64,000 nucleotides of DNA from Geosiphon pyriformis uo1 (Eukaryota; Fungi; Glomeromycota). Below are positions 1 to 12,225 of the stretch, in pieces. Numbering within the stretch: the stretch's first letter is position 1; each line of letters starts with the position of its first letter. The position numbers and the translations under genes are program-made. Under the pieces are notes generated by a model. It did no database searches, was not told the DNA's origin, and saw only the letters and a program-made list of their open reading frames with translations. The stretch spans positions 62,001 through 126,000 of the forward strand of contig JAAOMT010000295.1 in NCBI GenBank assembly GCA_016748015.1, written 5' to 3'.

Positions 1-475
1 AAATTAATCTCACGGGTTAAAAATAATGGCAGTCAATTTTTTTTTAATTAATAGAATCATTGTCTTCATCATAGCCGTTGTCGCTGTTGTCACTGTTGTA
101 ACTATTACATATATCGTGTTTTTATATAATGAAAATTATAGGTAAGAATTCTTATTTTGTATAAACATTAATCACATATATTTGTCAAAAATGAGTATTG
201 TCTTAATAATTTCAAGAAAAAAATAATTAAGTACTACAAAAACAACAAAAATTTTATAACATACATAAATACATATTGAAAAGATGCATTAAAGAAGAAG
301 TTTTCAAGTACTTTTCAACTCTCTATAAGCTTATAATATTAAGAACACTATAATCATAATTTGAAATCAAATAAAACTTTACAAACTGTTTAAAACAGAA
401 GAATCAATTTCATACTCAGTTTTTCAGCCCAAAAATTTTGATAAAATAAATTTAAACTGAAATTAGATACTTCCA

Positions 476-477
<2 letters not shown>

Positions 478-512
<35 letters not shown>
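478..512. repeat. (AAT)n microsatellite, ~11 units
   Basis: Direct reading of the sequence. Confidence 0.9.
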
Positions 513-513
<1 letters not shown>

Positions 514-3479
514 CAAAAAATACCAACGATTAATCATCATAATCATTTCCAACTATTAACAAAACCAAATATCAACATATAACAAGTCTTTACTAAAATA
601 AACAGGAAAGCTTCAAACAACCAAAAAATATCAAAAAATACGAAAATTATTTTATTATTAAATTAGTCAGTAAAGTTTGAAAAAATTATAATTTTATTCT
701 TAACAACTTTTTGTAAAAATTTTACTAAGGTTAATTCATCTTTAATTTTAAATTTTTTTGCATATTCGACTTGAGTTAAATTTGTGAAATCAATAATTTA
801 ATATTGAATTGTTTTATTTTTTTAATATTTATTTATAAAGCAAGTTAATATTATTTAATTAAATTATGTATAAATAAAACTTATTGGCACTTTAATTTTT
901 AATTTTTTATCACTATTGTCAATTTTTTTCAAAGGCAATTCAATAAAAACAATTATTTTATTCATAAAATTAAAGCGGATTTACAATTTTATTAGCTATT
1001 ATTGTCATATAAAATTTTAAAATAAACAGATACAAAAGACTATTGAGATATTTTTTTATATTTATTAATAACTAATTATGTATCAGTATTATTGATATTT
1101 ATTTTTAACAGATTCTCAAAGCTTAGCAATTTTTTTAATTTATAAATAAAATTTATTTTTGGTTAAAAAATTTGTAACCATGGTTTTTTACAAATTGTAA
1201 CAAACTAGTATTATTACATATTCGATATAAATTATGTGAGAGATAACAAATTAAATATTATTTTGCCAAACTTTTTTGATGCACATAGGTAATATGTTTA
1301 TTATTCTTTTGTAACGAATTGTTTTTTAACACTGAAATCTTTTGTTTATAACCGAGTTATCAATTTTATAATGTATTACCATAAATTTTAAATATTTTAT
1401 TTGAAATTTATTATTGTAAGCTAAAGTAACAAGTTAACAAATAGCAGAAGTTAAAAATTTTCAGAGCAATATGAATTTAATAAGAAAAATATAATAAGTG
1501 AGCAAATTAATATATATAAAATGCTTTTTTAAGGCTTTGAAAAATCTTGTTTATGTACTTAAAAAAAATGATCAACAAACAAAACAACAGTTAAATCAAT
1601 AACTGAATCAATAATTAAGCCAATAATAAATTTTAAAGAAAAAAATAAAATAATTAAATAAATACAAATGTCAAATACAATATAATTTTAATTTTAAATA
1701 GCTTTTGTTTAGCTACAATTACTTGAAAATTTTTGCTACTAAAAAACATGTATAGCTTATTTAAAATATTTTTATTGACATAAACTGCATTTTGTACAAC
1801 TAAATTGATTGTTTGCAACAACATAAATTTCACATTTGTACTATTTATGTATGTATTAACTCTTTTTTAATTGAAAAATATTAATAAACAATATTTTGTT
1901 GTTTTGAACGGCTAAATTCATTGTTTACAAAATGTTAAAACTTGCATGATTTGTGTTGATAGACTACATTTGGTCCATATTTTTATTTTTTTGCTTTTTT
2001 ATAAAATATTAATTTAATTTGAAACAATTTTAAATTAATGTTTTTCTTATAAAATCAAAAATTTTGTTTTTTATTTAAACCAAAATGAAAAAACTTCAGA
2101 ATGTTACATTAATAATAATTCGCTTCACATAGATATTTAATGAATATAAATATAAATCTGAACTTGTATTTTAGTATATTATTAGAAGCTTTAATAATTT
2201 GTTTTATTACTGAAATAATAAAATTTAAATTAATTAAAACAAAATTAATATATATTTAATACAAAATTCTACTTTTAAGATTTAATTTATTTTTATAAAT
2301 TTAACTTTTTTTAAAAATTCACCTATAACAAAATGCTTAAGCTTAAAAGCAAAAATAAAGATAAAAATTAAGTAATAATTTATCATTCAGTTGAATTCAT
2401 TATATAAACTGTAAAAAAAATTATTAAGAAATTATTACCAAGTTTATAAAAAAATACAATCTTTTATACAATTATTTTAAAAAAATATTTTTTCGAATAA
2501 ATTTTTTCTTTTTTAAATCGTTGGCAAACATTTAAAAAAAATAAAAAAAACTTTTTGAAATTTTGATCAAAAACTTTAACACAAAATAATATTAAGGAAT
2601 ATTAAAATTTTTGTAAAAGTTTAATTATTACTTTATTGATTTTAAATGTTAATTTTAAAACAGAAACCAGGAATATATATACTATTATGGTTGAATTTTT
2701 AACCTGAAATAAAAAATTTTATATTAATCATATTCAATACATATTAATCATTTAAAATTGCATATTTTAGCTACTTTTTTTTAAAAATTAATTTCAAACT
2801 CAATCATAAACTTAATTATTGACCTAATTTTTAATAAATTCTTGATCTAGTTGTTAATTTGATTTTTTCAAAATTGTAACAAAAATTATTTTCTATAATT
2901 TAATCAAATATACTCTTAAAATTTTTACCTTTACATTATAGGTAATTTGACATTTTTTAAATTTTAGATTTGCTAAAATTAGCTTAAAAAGTAGGTAACT
3001 TATTTGTTATTGAATTCTAAAAATACTAAATAAGAAATAAAAATGTTATTTTTTATAAAAAATTTTTCTACTTTTTAATTTTGCAATTAATCACATTAAT
3101 TAAATTGTTTATGCAATCAATTATAAATTTATTATAATCCACTTTATTATAAATTGTATGAACAATTTTACATTTTGCTTCTTATCTTAAAAAAATTTAA
3201 ATTTAAATTTAAATAACAATCCAGTAAACAATTTCACAAAATTTGGAACTATTTTCTTAAAAAACACATAGCTAAAATTTATACTACTTATTCTGTTTAC
3301 TTTTTTATTTAGACTTATTTTAAAAATAGTAACAAAGAAAAAAACAATTGTACTGATTAAATACTTTTATGATATATCTTTTTACCAATTAACACCTTTT
3401 TTTGATTATTTAAATCTTCAAATTTTTAATGCTTTTTAACAAAATAAAAGACAAAAGTCATCAAATTGCTTTTATTTTC

Positions 3480-3990
3480 AAAAAATTTGATATTTTATCA
3501 AAGTTTATTAGATTTGAACTTATGGTTGCCCTTAATAATAACATTTTTTTAGTTCTTCAAAGTATTCAAGCTGCTTTGGGTCAACAAAATACAAAACACT
3601 GTTTATTATTCACAATTGATGCACAAATCTTATTAAATGGCTAAAATATTTGAAAAGAGCTTCTACAACAAATTAATATGATAAAAATTATAAATTTAGA
3701 ATTGTTGGAGGATGTTTTAAAGACTCTTTAGCTACATAATATTTACAGAAAACTGCAATTGGAGCTATCGAAAAAAAATTAAAATAAGTTCTTGATAATA
3801 AAATTAAAAAATGCATTCAAAGACTTAGAAATATTGAAATGAATAAAATAAAACAATCCAAAAATTAATAAAGTGAGTAGATACCAAAAAAAAAACGGGA
3901 CAAAAGAACAAAAAATTTATTCATCTACTAAAAAATGGAGAGCTAATTTATTTTAAGCTCTTTGGTCTCTCCTTGTTTATTAATAACAAG
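3480..3990 (+). mobile_element. Degenerate LTR-retrotransposon gag (capsid) relic
   Basis: Broken frames read LIKWLKYLKRASTTN*YDKNYKFRIVGGCF and TKEQKIYSSTKKWRANLF*ALWSLL, resembling retrotransposon capsid WLxxFERA...EEQKIxxFxxGLR. Stops and frameshifts present. ORF 3429-3644 is an off-frame read. Confidence 0.5.
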
Positions 3991-4099
3991 TTTAATGAAA
4001 AAAACCTATACTCATTTCTCTATTTTTAATTTATTTATTTTAATATAATTTAAAAAATAATAGATTTTCATTTGAAGCAGAACATTTTTTATTTGTAAT

Positions 4100-5356
4100 C
4101 ATATTTTCAAATAACATAGTTAATGACTGAATATAGAAAAAGATATTCGTAGTTTCGTTGATTATGTTCCTTTAAATACACCTTTTTAAGGTAATACTTA
4201 AATGAGACTTAAATTTCTATTAAAACCAAAAGTTTAGAAGTTACCAATAAATAAAACTTATGCAATTGAAGCACCAAAGTTTTTTTTATCGTTAAATATC
4301 TTATTATCGAACTTAGCATAAAATTTAGGGTGATTGTACTTCTCATAAGATGTTTTTTAAAGTAAGTATGATCGTTTTGCTATTAAATGTTACCAATTCT
4401 CTCTTATCTTATTTCTTATAATCTTAATTTAATAGAGCAAAAGAAAACAAAACAGAACAGAACAGAACAGAACAGACATTATCAAAGGCTGGAAAACTTA
4501 AAAATATCCCGTCTGGATGAGTAGATGTAGTGGAGATAAAAATTCGCTTTCAACCGGCGTGGGGTCAAGGATACCGTAAGAGATATAAAGATCAAAGGTT
4601 GTCACACGAAAAGCTTGTAATTCCATTAGTTCTGGAGGAAAGTAAAGAATTTCTGGATCCTCCGTTGCAATTAGAGTTGCCAAAGTTCTATACCTATCTT
4701 TTGTATACTCGTTAAGCTCTCCCCAATATCTAGAAGCGAGGGAAGAGATATCTTTCTGCTTATCATTAATCCCAAGCCTCTGTAGCTCCCTTACGAATTT
4801 GTTCCGAAAAAGCATGAAACTATTGAGGGAAGCTTTCTTTTCCCTTAAACGTAGTGGAAGAAACTCAGCTATAGTTGGCTCCTCGAGGCGAGAAAGTAAA
4901 ATGGATCGCCTCGTTGGATTAAGATCAATGACCAAAGTTTCAGGATTTGTTGATGTGTGTGGAAGAAACACTATCTCTGTATATGAGCTTGTCATTATTT
5001 TATTAATAACGAAAATACTTCTTGGTCAATTCACGCGTATATTTATAATTTCAATTAATATTTTAAAAACAGTTGACTCTCCAGTGTGCCGCCCTTTATA
5101 ATGATCAAGAGAAAGAACAACATTCTCCTTGTGGCCTATTTATTTTATTTTGGAAATGTAGAAAAAAGAAACAAATTTTAATCGATAGAATTATTAATTT
5201 TACATTACTATTTTTGATACAATTGAAATAATTTTTACTAATCAGAAATATTCGGGTTAAAAAGTCCTTCATTTCAAAGTGAAGGAGATTGATTTCCGCT
5301 GCTGAAGTTTGCCGAAATTTTAAGTTGAAATATATCCAAATCATACAGCTTTATTT
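4100..5356 (-). repeat. Left arm of inverted repeat (HMG-a gene plus flanks)
   Basis: Reverse complement aligns to ~10703-12225. 4491-4985 is identical to 11352-11846; flanks align with substitutions and indels. Confidence 0.9.
4498..4995 (-). CDS. HMG-box transcription factor (MATA/SOX-TCF-like), copy a, 165 aa
   Basis: Intact ATG ORF with HMG signature LNSFMLFRNKF...QKDISSLASRYWGEL...KDRYRTLA. Confidence 0.9.
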   Translation of the reverse strand: MTSSYTEIVFLPHTSTNPETLVIDLNPTRRSILLSRLEEPTIAEFLPLRLREKKASLNSFMLFRNKFVRELQRLGINDKQKDISSLASRYWGELNEYTKDRYRTLATLIATEDPEILYFPPELMELQAFRVTTFDLYISYGILDPTPVESEFLSPLHLLIQTGYF

Positions 5357-8119
5357 GATCCTAGAATTTATCGGTGAAAAGATGCCTTATTGTTTTCTAT
5401 ATTTCTTTAAAATAAAGGAATTTTTCAGCCGATTAGAAATATAAGCATTTCTCATATTTTTTTTTAACAAAGAATTTTATGAATCTAAAAAAAAAAAAGT
5501 GAAAAGTTATTTAATATTCAAAATATCAAGTATACAAATTTGGTTATAATCCATTCCAGTAGATTGTTGAGGCTATTTTCACTCTTAAAAAAAAATTTTC
5601 ACAATCAGATTAAGGTAACTTGGATAAGCTGCATATTATATATATTTTGTTAAATTGTAAGTTTAACGATTCTATAGACCCTTAATTTAATAACAATTAT
5701 TATGCTTTATTTAAAAACTTCAATAATAAAACTAATAAACAAAACACTTTGAGTTTATGAATATCAAATAAAGAAACATTGCATAATTATAAATTTATTG
5801 CAATCTTATATAGATATTTCAAAACTGATCAAGTTTTTGATTAAAATCATAATATTCTATTGAAGAAAGTTATTGTTTTTATAATTATTATTTATTGAAA
5901 ATATGATTAATAAAAATTATTTGCAGCATTTCAAAGCTAGAACAGAACAGAAAAAATTTGTTTTTAAATAGGTCTCCTTCACAAAATCAGGTTACCTTTT
6001 CTATAATACGGGAAGCATAGTTAGATAATTTCCCGTGAGAGTAATGTTATATTCGTTTTCTCAAATACTCGAAGATAGTTATTATGATACCGAATAAAAA
6101 GGGGTTTAATTGAGATCTGGATTTTTATTTCCCAATTATAACCCATTCACTCATACATCAAGGGATGACTACGCAGGGGCTTACCAGGTACCTGGATTTT
6201 CAATTTTAATAATGCAATCCTGAAAAGGTGCATATCGATCTTTACCATCATACCGTTGAATTTCTTGGTCTAGAATGCCGCGGTGGGTAGTTTAATGCAT
6301 TTAAAATATCTAACTTAAAATAAAATATTTACTTGATGTTTGTAAATTGAAAAATAGATTAAAAATTTCAATCAATTCTACTAAATATAGTATTTTTTGA
6401 ATGAATCTTACCCCTTCTCTATTTCATAAAGTGCATAAATCAAAATATTAAAGTCATTCAAAGATAATTCTCAAAATCACAATTGGTGAAAATCATTCAG
6501 AATTTTCTAAACTTAACAATTTCCTTGCATAAATGATTGCCAATTTGTTTCTTTATCACATTATTAATAAAATATTAAACTATCCAATTAAAGACTGTGT
6601 ATTAAAAAATCTAAACCTCCTGACTTTTTATAATGTTATTAATATATGAATCACCACCCATCACATTCTAAAATAATTTCATAAAGTTAAATTTTGGCAG
6701 CTGCTGTAACCTGCCAGCAATACCACCATATCAGAGATAATGTATCTGATACACAATCATATCCTTTGTCTATTTAAAAAAAAATGAAGTTGCAACCTAG
6801 AGTTTGATGATCCCGCTTTCAAAGAATCTTAGTTTTCGTACTCTAGAAGGGTGGAAATATAAAGAGTGAAAGATAAATGATTTTGTTTTAAATTATAAGT
6901 AAAAGGTATTTTATTATTTTTGATCGAATAAGAGCTTTTTTAAAAGAACTTTATGTTGAAAGTTTTGTTTTATATATACTGTATGTCAAAAAAAATGGGA
7001 TTATTTAGTCCATAAATAAAAAAGCATTCTGTAATATCCATTGAATTGAATAATATTTTTAAATGCGTAAAATTAATTTTTATCAAAGAAGCATGGGTTA
7101 CAAAAAAAAATTTAGCGAAACCATATTTTTTTTTCATTTGTATTGTAATTCTTGATTAAAAATATTTTCATTGTTTGAAATTTATATTCAATACATTTAT
7201 GCAGCGGTAATCTGAAATTTCTTGAATAAATTTATATAATTGGAAAGATTGAATTAATAGCAAAACAAATAGTACCCTTTTTCATTAAAAATACGAAAAA
7301 CTTTTTCATTTCCATCACGCATGATTTGAAAAGGAAGAAAATTAATACAATAATATTATAAATGGTTATTATTGAGCATGAAAATAAAATAATTTCAATT
7401 ACCTTTTTAGCGCCATGTCTATGATCGGGTGACGAGAAGAAAAAAAATTTATTATATCCATAAATGTCAAAAATTTCATTTAGAAATTTATTCGGAAAAA
7501 ATTTTTTCTTTAAATATTTTGGGAAGGCTGGCACATGCTTCCGATCAAAAATGCTTTTATAATCCCTTTCGATTCACAACATGAGATGCATCAAATAAAT
7601 GGTCATTAAAAAAGCCTATAATTTGGACAAAATAGATTTGATGTCATATATTTATACTTTATTTTACAATTACCGAAAAATAATACTTTTACAAAAAAAA
7701 TTTTATCCCGAGTTGCTCGATAATTCATTAAAAAAGAATGTTCTCTAAAAATTTTCTTTAGAAATAAAGTAAATGACAACTTTCAAGACCATGTATCATT
7801 TTGAGAATACTCTATCTGACATTTTTTTTTCAAATGAAACGTCAATGATTCATTCATACAATCATTTTATTAATCAGAAAAGATACTAGAAGTACTTAGA
7901 ATTATTGAAAATAATCACAATACCAAAATTCTGTGGGAAATAAAAATGTGTGGCAAATATCTCATAGTATTTAAATAACCTTAAATAGCTATTATAATGC
8001 TAATCTTATAGAATAATTGTTATTTCCTTTAATTATAAAAAGAACTTTCATCCTCCCTTCGGTAAAAAGCAATACCAATAGGTAGAATCTAAACCTGTTG
8101 TAATATTGACGAAAAAGTA

Positions 8120-8800
8120 ATGTTTAGCCAAAGTAAGTCAAAAGAGTTTCATTTTATTCAAGAAAATTTTCCCAAGCCTTCGAAAAAACTGACTTATCAA
8201 GAGCCACCAAACTTCAACGTTGAATATCCACCCGCAAAAATTGATCATAAAACGATACGCAAAAAAAATCCTCCTGGTACTTTCATATCTTATCGCAGTC
8301 AATATAACAGAGCTCTCAAAATACGTGGTTACAATTGGTCAGCAAGTGAGGTTTCTCGATTAGCCGCTCAATCATGGAAGAAACAATCGAAAAAGGTGAA
8401 GTCAACATATAAAGCCTTAGCTTATAACGATATTCAGGCATATGAAACATCAGAGAATTTGGAAAAACCATCTAGCTCTGATAATTCGTCGTGTCATCTA
8501 AACGGATTTAATCATAAAGCTATAATGTTCAATTATTACGATCAAGAAACTCGAGGCTCCCATACATTTGGGCCCAACAGTTACAATCAAGTCTGTCATT
8601 CTCCAGCCTTGGGCTCATATCAAAGCTCTTTGTCAAATATCAGTGCCTTGGGATCGTCAATATCCAACACAAAACCTGATGATGCTTCTTTTTTTACATC
8701 AAACTCTGGAATTCCATCTTTTTCACATTTTCATGAAGAGGAATTTTCGGAAATTTATTTGGATTCTGTGTTCGATTTGCACCTACTAGGTCAATTCTGA
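8120..8800 (+). CDS. HMG-box transcription factor (MATA-HMG-like), gene b, 226 aa
   Basis: Intact ORF with NPPGTFISYRSQY...SEVSRLAAQSWKKQSKKVKSTYKALA, followed by a Ser-rich region and an acidic/aromatic C-terminal tail. Confidence 0.9.
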   Translation: MFSQSKSKEFHFIQENFPKPSKKLTYQEPPNFNVEYPPAKIDHKTIRKKNPPGTFISYRSQYNRALKIRGYNWSASEVSRLAAQSWKKQSKKVKSTYKALAYNDIQAYETSENLEKPSSSDNSSCHLNGFNHKAIMFNYYDQETRGSHTFGPNSYNQVCHSPALGSYQSSLSNISALGSSISNTKPDDASFFTSNSGIPSFSHFHEEEFSEIYLDSVFDLHLLGQF

Positions 8801-9946
8801 GGTGCTTGCACATTTTTTCTTTTTTCTGTTCTCTTCGTATATTCTTTTTTCCTCTGTTCTTCACATATAGAATATAATAATTAATAATAATATAACGTTT
8901 TATGACCTTCCATGGATATTTTTAAGTTTTCATTATCCCTTTAAATCGGCAAGATATAGTAAATAAATAAGAAATATGCATTCAAATCTAAGAGAATATT
9001 TTCTCAGAAAAATTCATATCCCTTTTTCTCTTTGAATAATTATTTTATAGTAAATATAAATTCATTGAAAGAATCAATTAAAAATATAGAGTTTAATTAA
9101 TATATAGAATATATTTTTTGTAAGGTTTAATAACGTTAAACAAAAACGTATTTTAAATTCCAATTAGTCTGGTCTTATTTTGGTATTATGTCTTATTGGG
9201 AATATTTCTAACTGGTATAAGACGTTCTAATATTCTATGCAAAAAAATAAAATAAACCTTTAGAAAATATGATAAATAAATAAAAATTATATTTTTATAT
9301 TTCAAATTTTTGATTGAAAAATATTTTTTAATTTGAACAAATATTCTTTTAATAAAATTTTTTTTATTTTTCAGTAATCAACATAGATTCTTAAATATTA
9401 ATATCTGTGTGAAATTAAAAAATAATAATTTTTAATTCAAAAAAATATTCAAAATTAAAAAATAATAATTTTTTTAAGATATAATAATTATACATTAATT
9501 AGAGTTTAACATTTGCTGAAATTATGTCATTTTATGAATATATATATATTTATTAATTTATTTATTTATTTATTTTATTAATTAAATTTACATAAAAATT
9601 GTGTGTGTTACAAAAAAAAATATTTTTGATAATGGTTTTCACGACAACTTTCTTTAAATAGAATATTATATATTTAATCAAAAAATTGGTCAGTTTTTGA
9701 AATATCTATATAAGAATAATAAAAAATTTATAATTATTCAATATTTCTTCTTAATTTAAGATTAAATAAGTCCAAAATATTTTTTTTTTCTTATTATTAA
9801 GCAAATATTATAAAATTTTTATTCAAAATTTTTTAAAGGAAAATAAATTTGGTTAAGACTTACTTTTATTTCTTAAAAACATAGTAGTTAATTGAAATTT
9901 TAAACAAAGCATAATAATTTTTATTAAATTAATTTGCTAAATCATT

Positions 9947-9947
9947 A

Positions 9948-9982
<35 letters not shown>

Positions 9983-10002
9983 TTTATTTTTATTTTTATT
10001 AT
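9947..10002. repeat. Compound microsatellite (TAT)n then (TTTTTA)n
   Basis: Direct reading of the sequence. Confidence 0.8.
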
Positions 10003-10434
10003 TTACGTTACAATTCCCATTTAAATGTCTATAGGTTTACATGTGCATGCATTATCCATTATTCAAGTTAGCTTGATCTGATTATCAAGAACAATAGTAA
10101 AAAAAATTGTTAATTTTTAAAGGGTGAATATAAAGGTTTTTAATTACTTTATCGAATATATAAATCTTTGAATTGATGATTAAATTAAGTTACCCTAAAC
10201 TAGTAAATATAATGCTTAAAATTAAAAATAAAATTTTATTAAAATAAAGATAAAACTATTAAAAACTTTTTTTCAAAAAAAATTTTTTAATTCAAATTAG
10301 GTTTTTAAAACAAATAATGATATTTTTTTGTGGCTATAATTACGCAGAATACCGAAAATATTATTTATCCGATTACTTATATATTGATTGAATTGGAATT
10401 TTTCAAATGAACTGCAGGATCTGGTTTTTTAATT

Positions 10435-10640
10435 AAAAATCTTTGATTTGGATATACTTGGAAATAAATATTAGTAAACGCCAACAATAAAACCAAGATA
10501 CTCTACAAAGAAAATTAATGTCTCAGGAGTTTTTAATCCTTCACTTTTTTAATGAGAATTCTTTGACCCGAATATTTCTAATCAGTAAAAATTGGTTCAA
10601 ACTATTTCAAAAATACTACATCTAAAATGTTTCGGGTGCT
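10435..10640 (+). promoter_or_regulatory. Tandem extra copy of the non-coding block upstream of HMG-a
   Basis: TTTGATTTGGATATA...AGTAAACGCCA...CTTCACTTT..AATGAGAA...CGAATATTTCT..TAAAATG.TTCGGGT recurs at ~10705-10870 and, reverse-complemented, at ~5200-5356. Regulatory role is inferred. Confidence 0.6.
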
Positions 10641-10702
10641 ATATATTAAAAATTATCTGAATTTGGTATTTTTTAAATGAACTTAAAAATTTGGATTTTT
10701 TT

Positions 10703-12225
10703 AATAAAACTGTTTGATTTGGATATATTTCAGTAAACGCCAGCAGCAAGGCCACAACAGAAATTAATCTTCTTCACTTTGAAATGAGAACTTTTGAACC
10801 GAATATTTCTGATTAGTAAAAGTAATTTCAATTTTATCAAAAACAATACATGTAAAATGGTTCGGGTACTGATGATTCTATCGATAAAAATTGGTTTTTT
10901 TTGCCTAAATGGATCTTTAGGCAACAAAGCGTCATATTCAGGGTGTGCAGAAAAATTGGCGGGCAGATTAACATTTCTCTCCTGCCTTTCAAGTGATATA
11001 TCCAAAATGGTTTCTTCTGAATGTTGTTTTTTCTCTTGATTTTTACAATGGGCACACTGGTGAGTCAATTATTTTTAAAAAATTTTTATATGAAAAGTAT
11101 GTGTTGAATATTTTATCAGTAAAAATTCTTGATTAATTTAACGTAGAATTGAAATTCTAAAAAGGATGTTATAAATTTTATTGGTCTTTTAGCTCATTGA
11201 ATTCGGCTTTGTTATACTATTTAAAAAATTTGGAAATTTTGTGATATAAAGAAGACCAAACATAACCTCAAGTTTTAGAGTCCAGCTTTTTCTTAGAAAA
11301 TATAAAGATTACCCAAGAAGTATTTTCGCTATTAATAAATAATGACTAGCCCATATACAGAGATAGTGTTTCTTCCACACACATCAACAAATCCTGAAAC
11401 TTTGGTCATTGATCTTAATCCAACGAGGCGATCCATTTTACTTTCTCGCCTCGAGGAGCCAACTATAGCTGAGTTTCTTCCACTACGTTTAAGGGAAAAG
11501 AAAGCTTCCCTCAATAGTTTCATGCTTTTTCGGAACAAATTCGTAAGGGAGCTACAGAGGCTTGGGATTAATGATAAGCAGAAAGATATCTCTTCCCTCG
11601 CTTCTAGATATTGGGGAGAGCTTAACGAGTATACAAAAGATAGGTATAGAACTTTGGCAACTCTAATTGCAACGGAGGATCCAGAAATTCTTTACTTTCC
11701 TCCAGAACTAATGGAATTACAAGCTTTTCGTGTGACAACCTTTGATCTTTATATCTCTTACGGTATCCTTGACCCCACGCCGGTTGAAAGCGAATTTTTA
11801 TCTCCACTACATCTACTCATCCAGACGGGATATTTTTAAGTTTTCCGGCCTTCGATAATATCTTTTCTGTTCTGTTTTGTTTTGTTTTGTTTTGTTTTGT
11901 TTGTTCTATTAAATTAAGATTATAAGAAATAAGATAATAGAGAATTGGTAACATTTAATAGCAAAACGATCTCAAATTAGATAATAACATAAAAAAAACT
12001 TTCATGCTTCAATTCAATAAATTTTTACAATCGGAATTTTTATTTGAAAATTTAAAAAGAATTCAGAAAACGAATTTACATTTATTTATTAATGGATGAT
12101 AATGGCTTCTGACGTTTTGGTTTGAAATATTTGCTTAAAAGGTGTGTTTAAAGGAACACAAACAAGGAAAATTGTTAGAATATCTTTTTCCATATTCATT
12201 CATTAGCTGCTTTTATTTCAAATAT
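10703..12225 (+). repeat. Right arm of inverted repeat (HMG-a' plus flanks; ~230-bp unshared segment at ~11085-11310)
   Basis: Aligns to the reverse complement of ~4100-5356. Confidence 0.9.
11342..11839 (+). CDS. HMG-box transcription factor, copy a', 165 aa
   Basis: Differs from 4498-4995 at only 2 nt (codon 2 ACA/ACT; codon 4 TCA/CCA, S4P). Confidence 0.9.
   Translation: MTSPYTEIVFLPHTSTNPETLVIDLNPTRRSILLSRLEEPTIAEFLPLRLREKKASLNSFMLFRNKFVRELQRLGINDKQKDISSLASRYWGELNEYTKDRYRTLATLIATEDPEILYFPPELMELQAFRVTTFDLYISYGILDPTPVESEFLSPLHLLIQTGYF

Noticed and set aside
55-141. Possible AG..GT-bounded exon encoding a hydrophobic helix (IIVFIIAVVAVVTVV), or an acidic DN-rich stretch on the minus strand
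   Set aside because: Low-complexity 9-bp repeat at the window edge; strand and gene context cannot be resolved
4530-5101. ORFs 4530-4715 and 4799-5101 (and mirrors 11332-11538, 11622-11807)
   Set aside because: Antisense shadows of the HMG-a genes; duplicated only because the DNA is duplicated
5105-11068. ORFs 5105-5344, 7232-7534, 10730-11068, 10794-11039, 10837-11055
   Set aside because: F/I/K/N-rich reads of AT-rich DNA; frames are not conserved between the homologous arms
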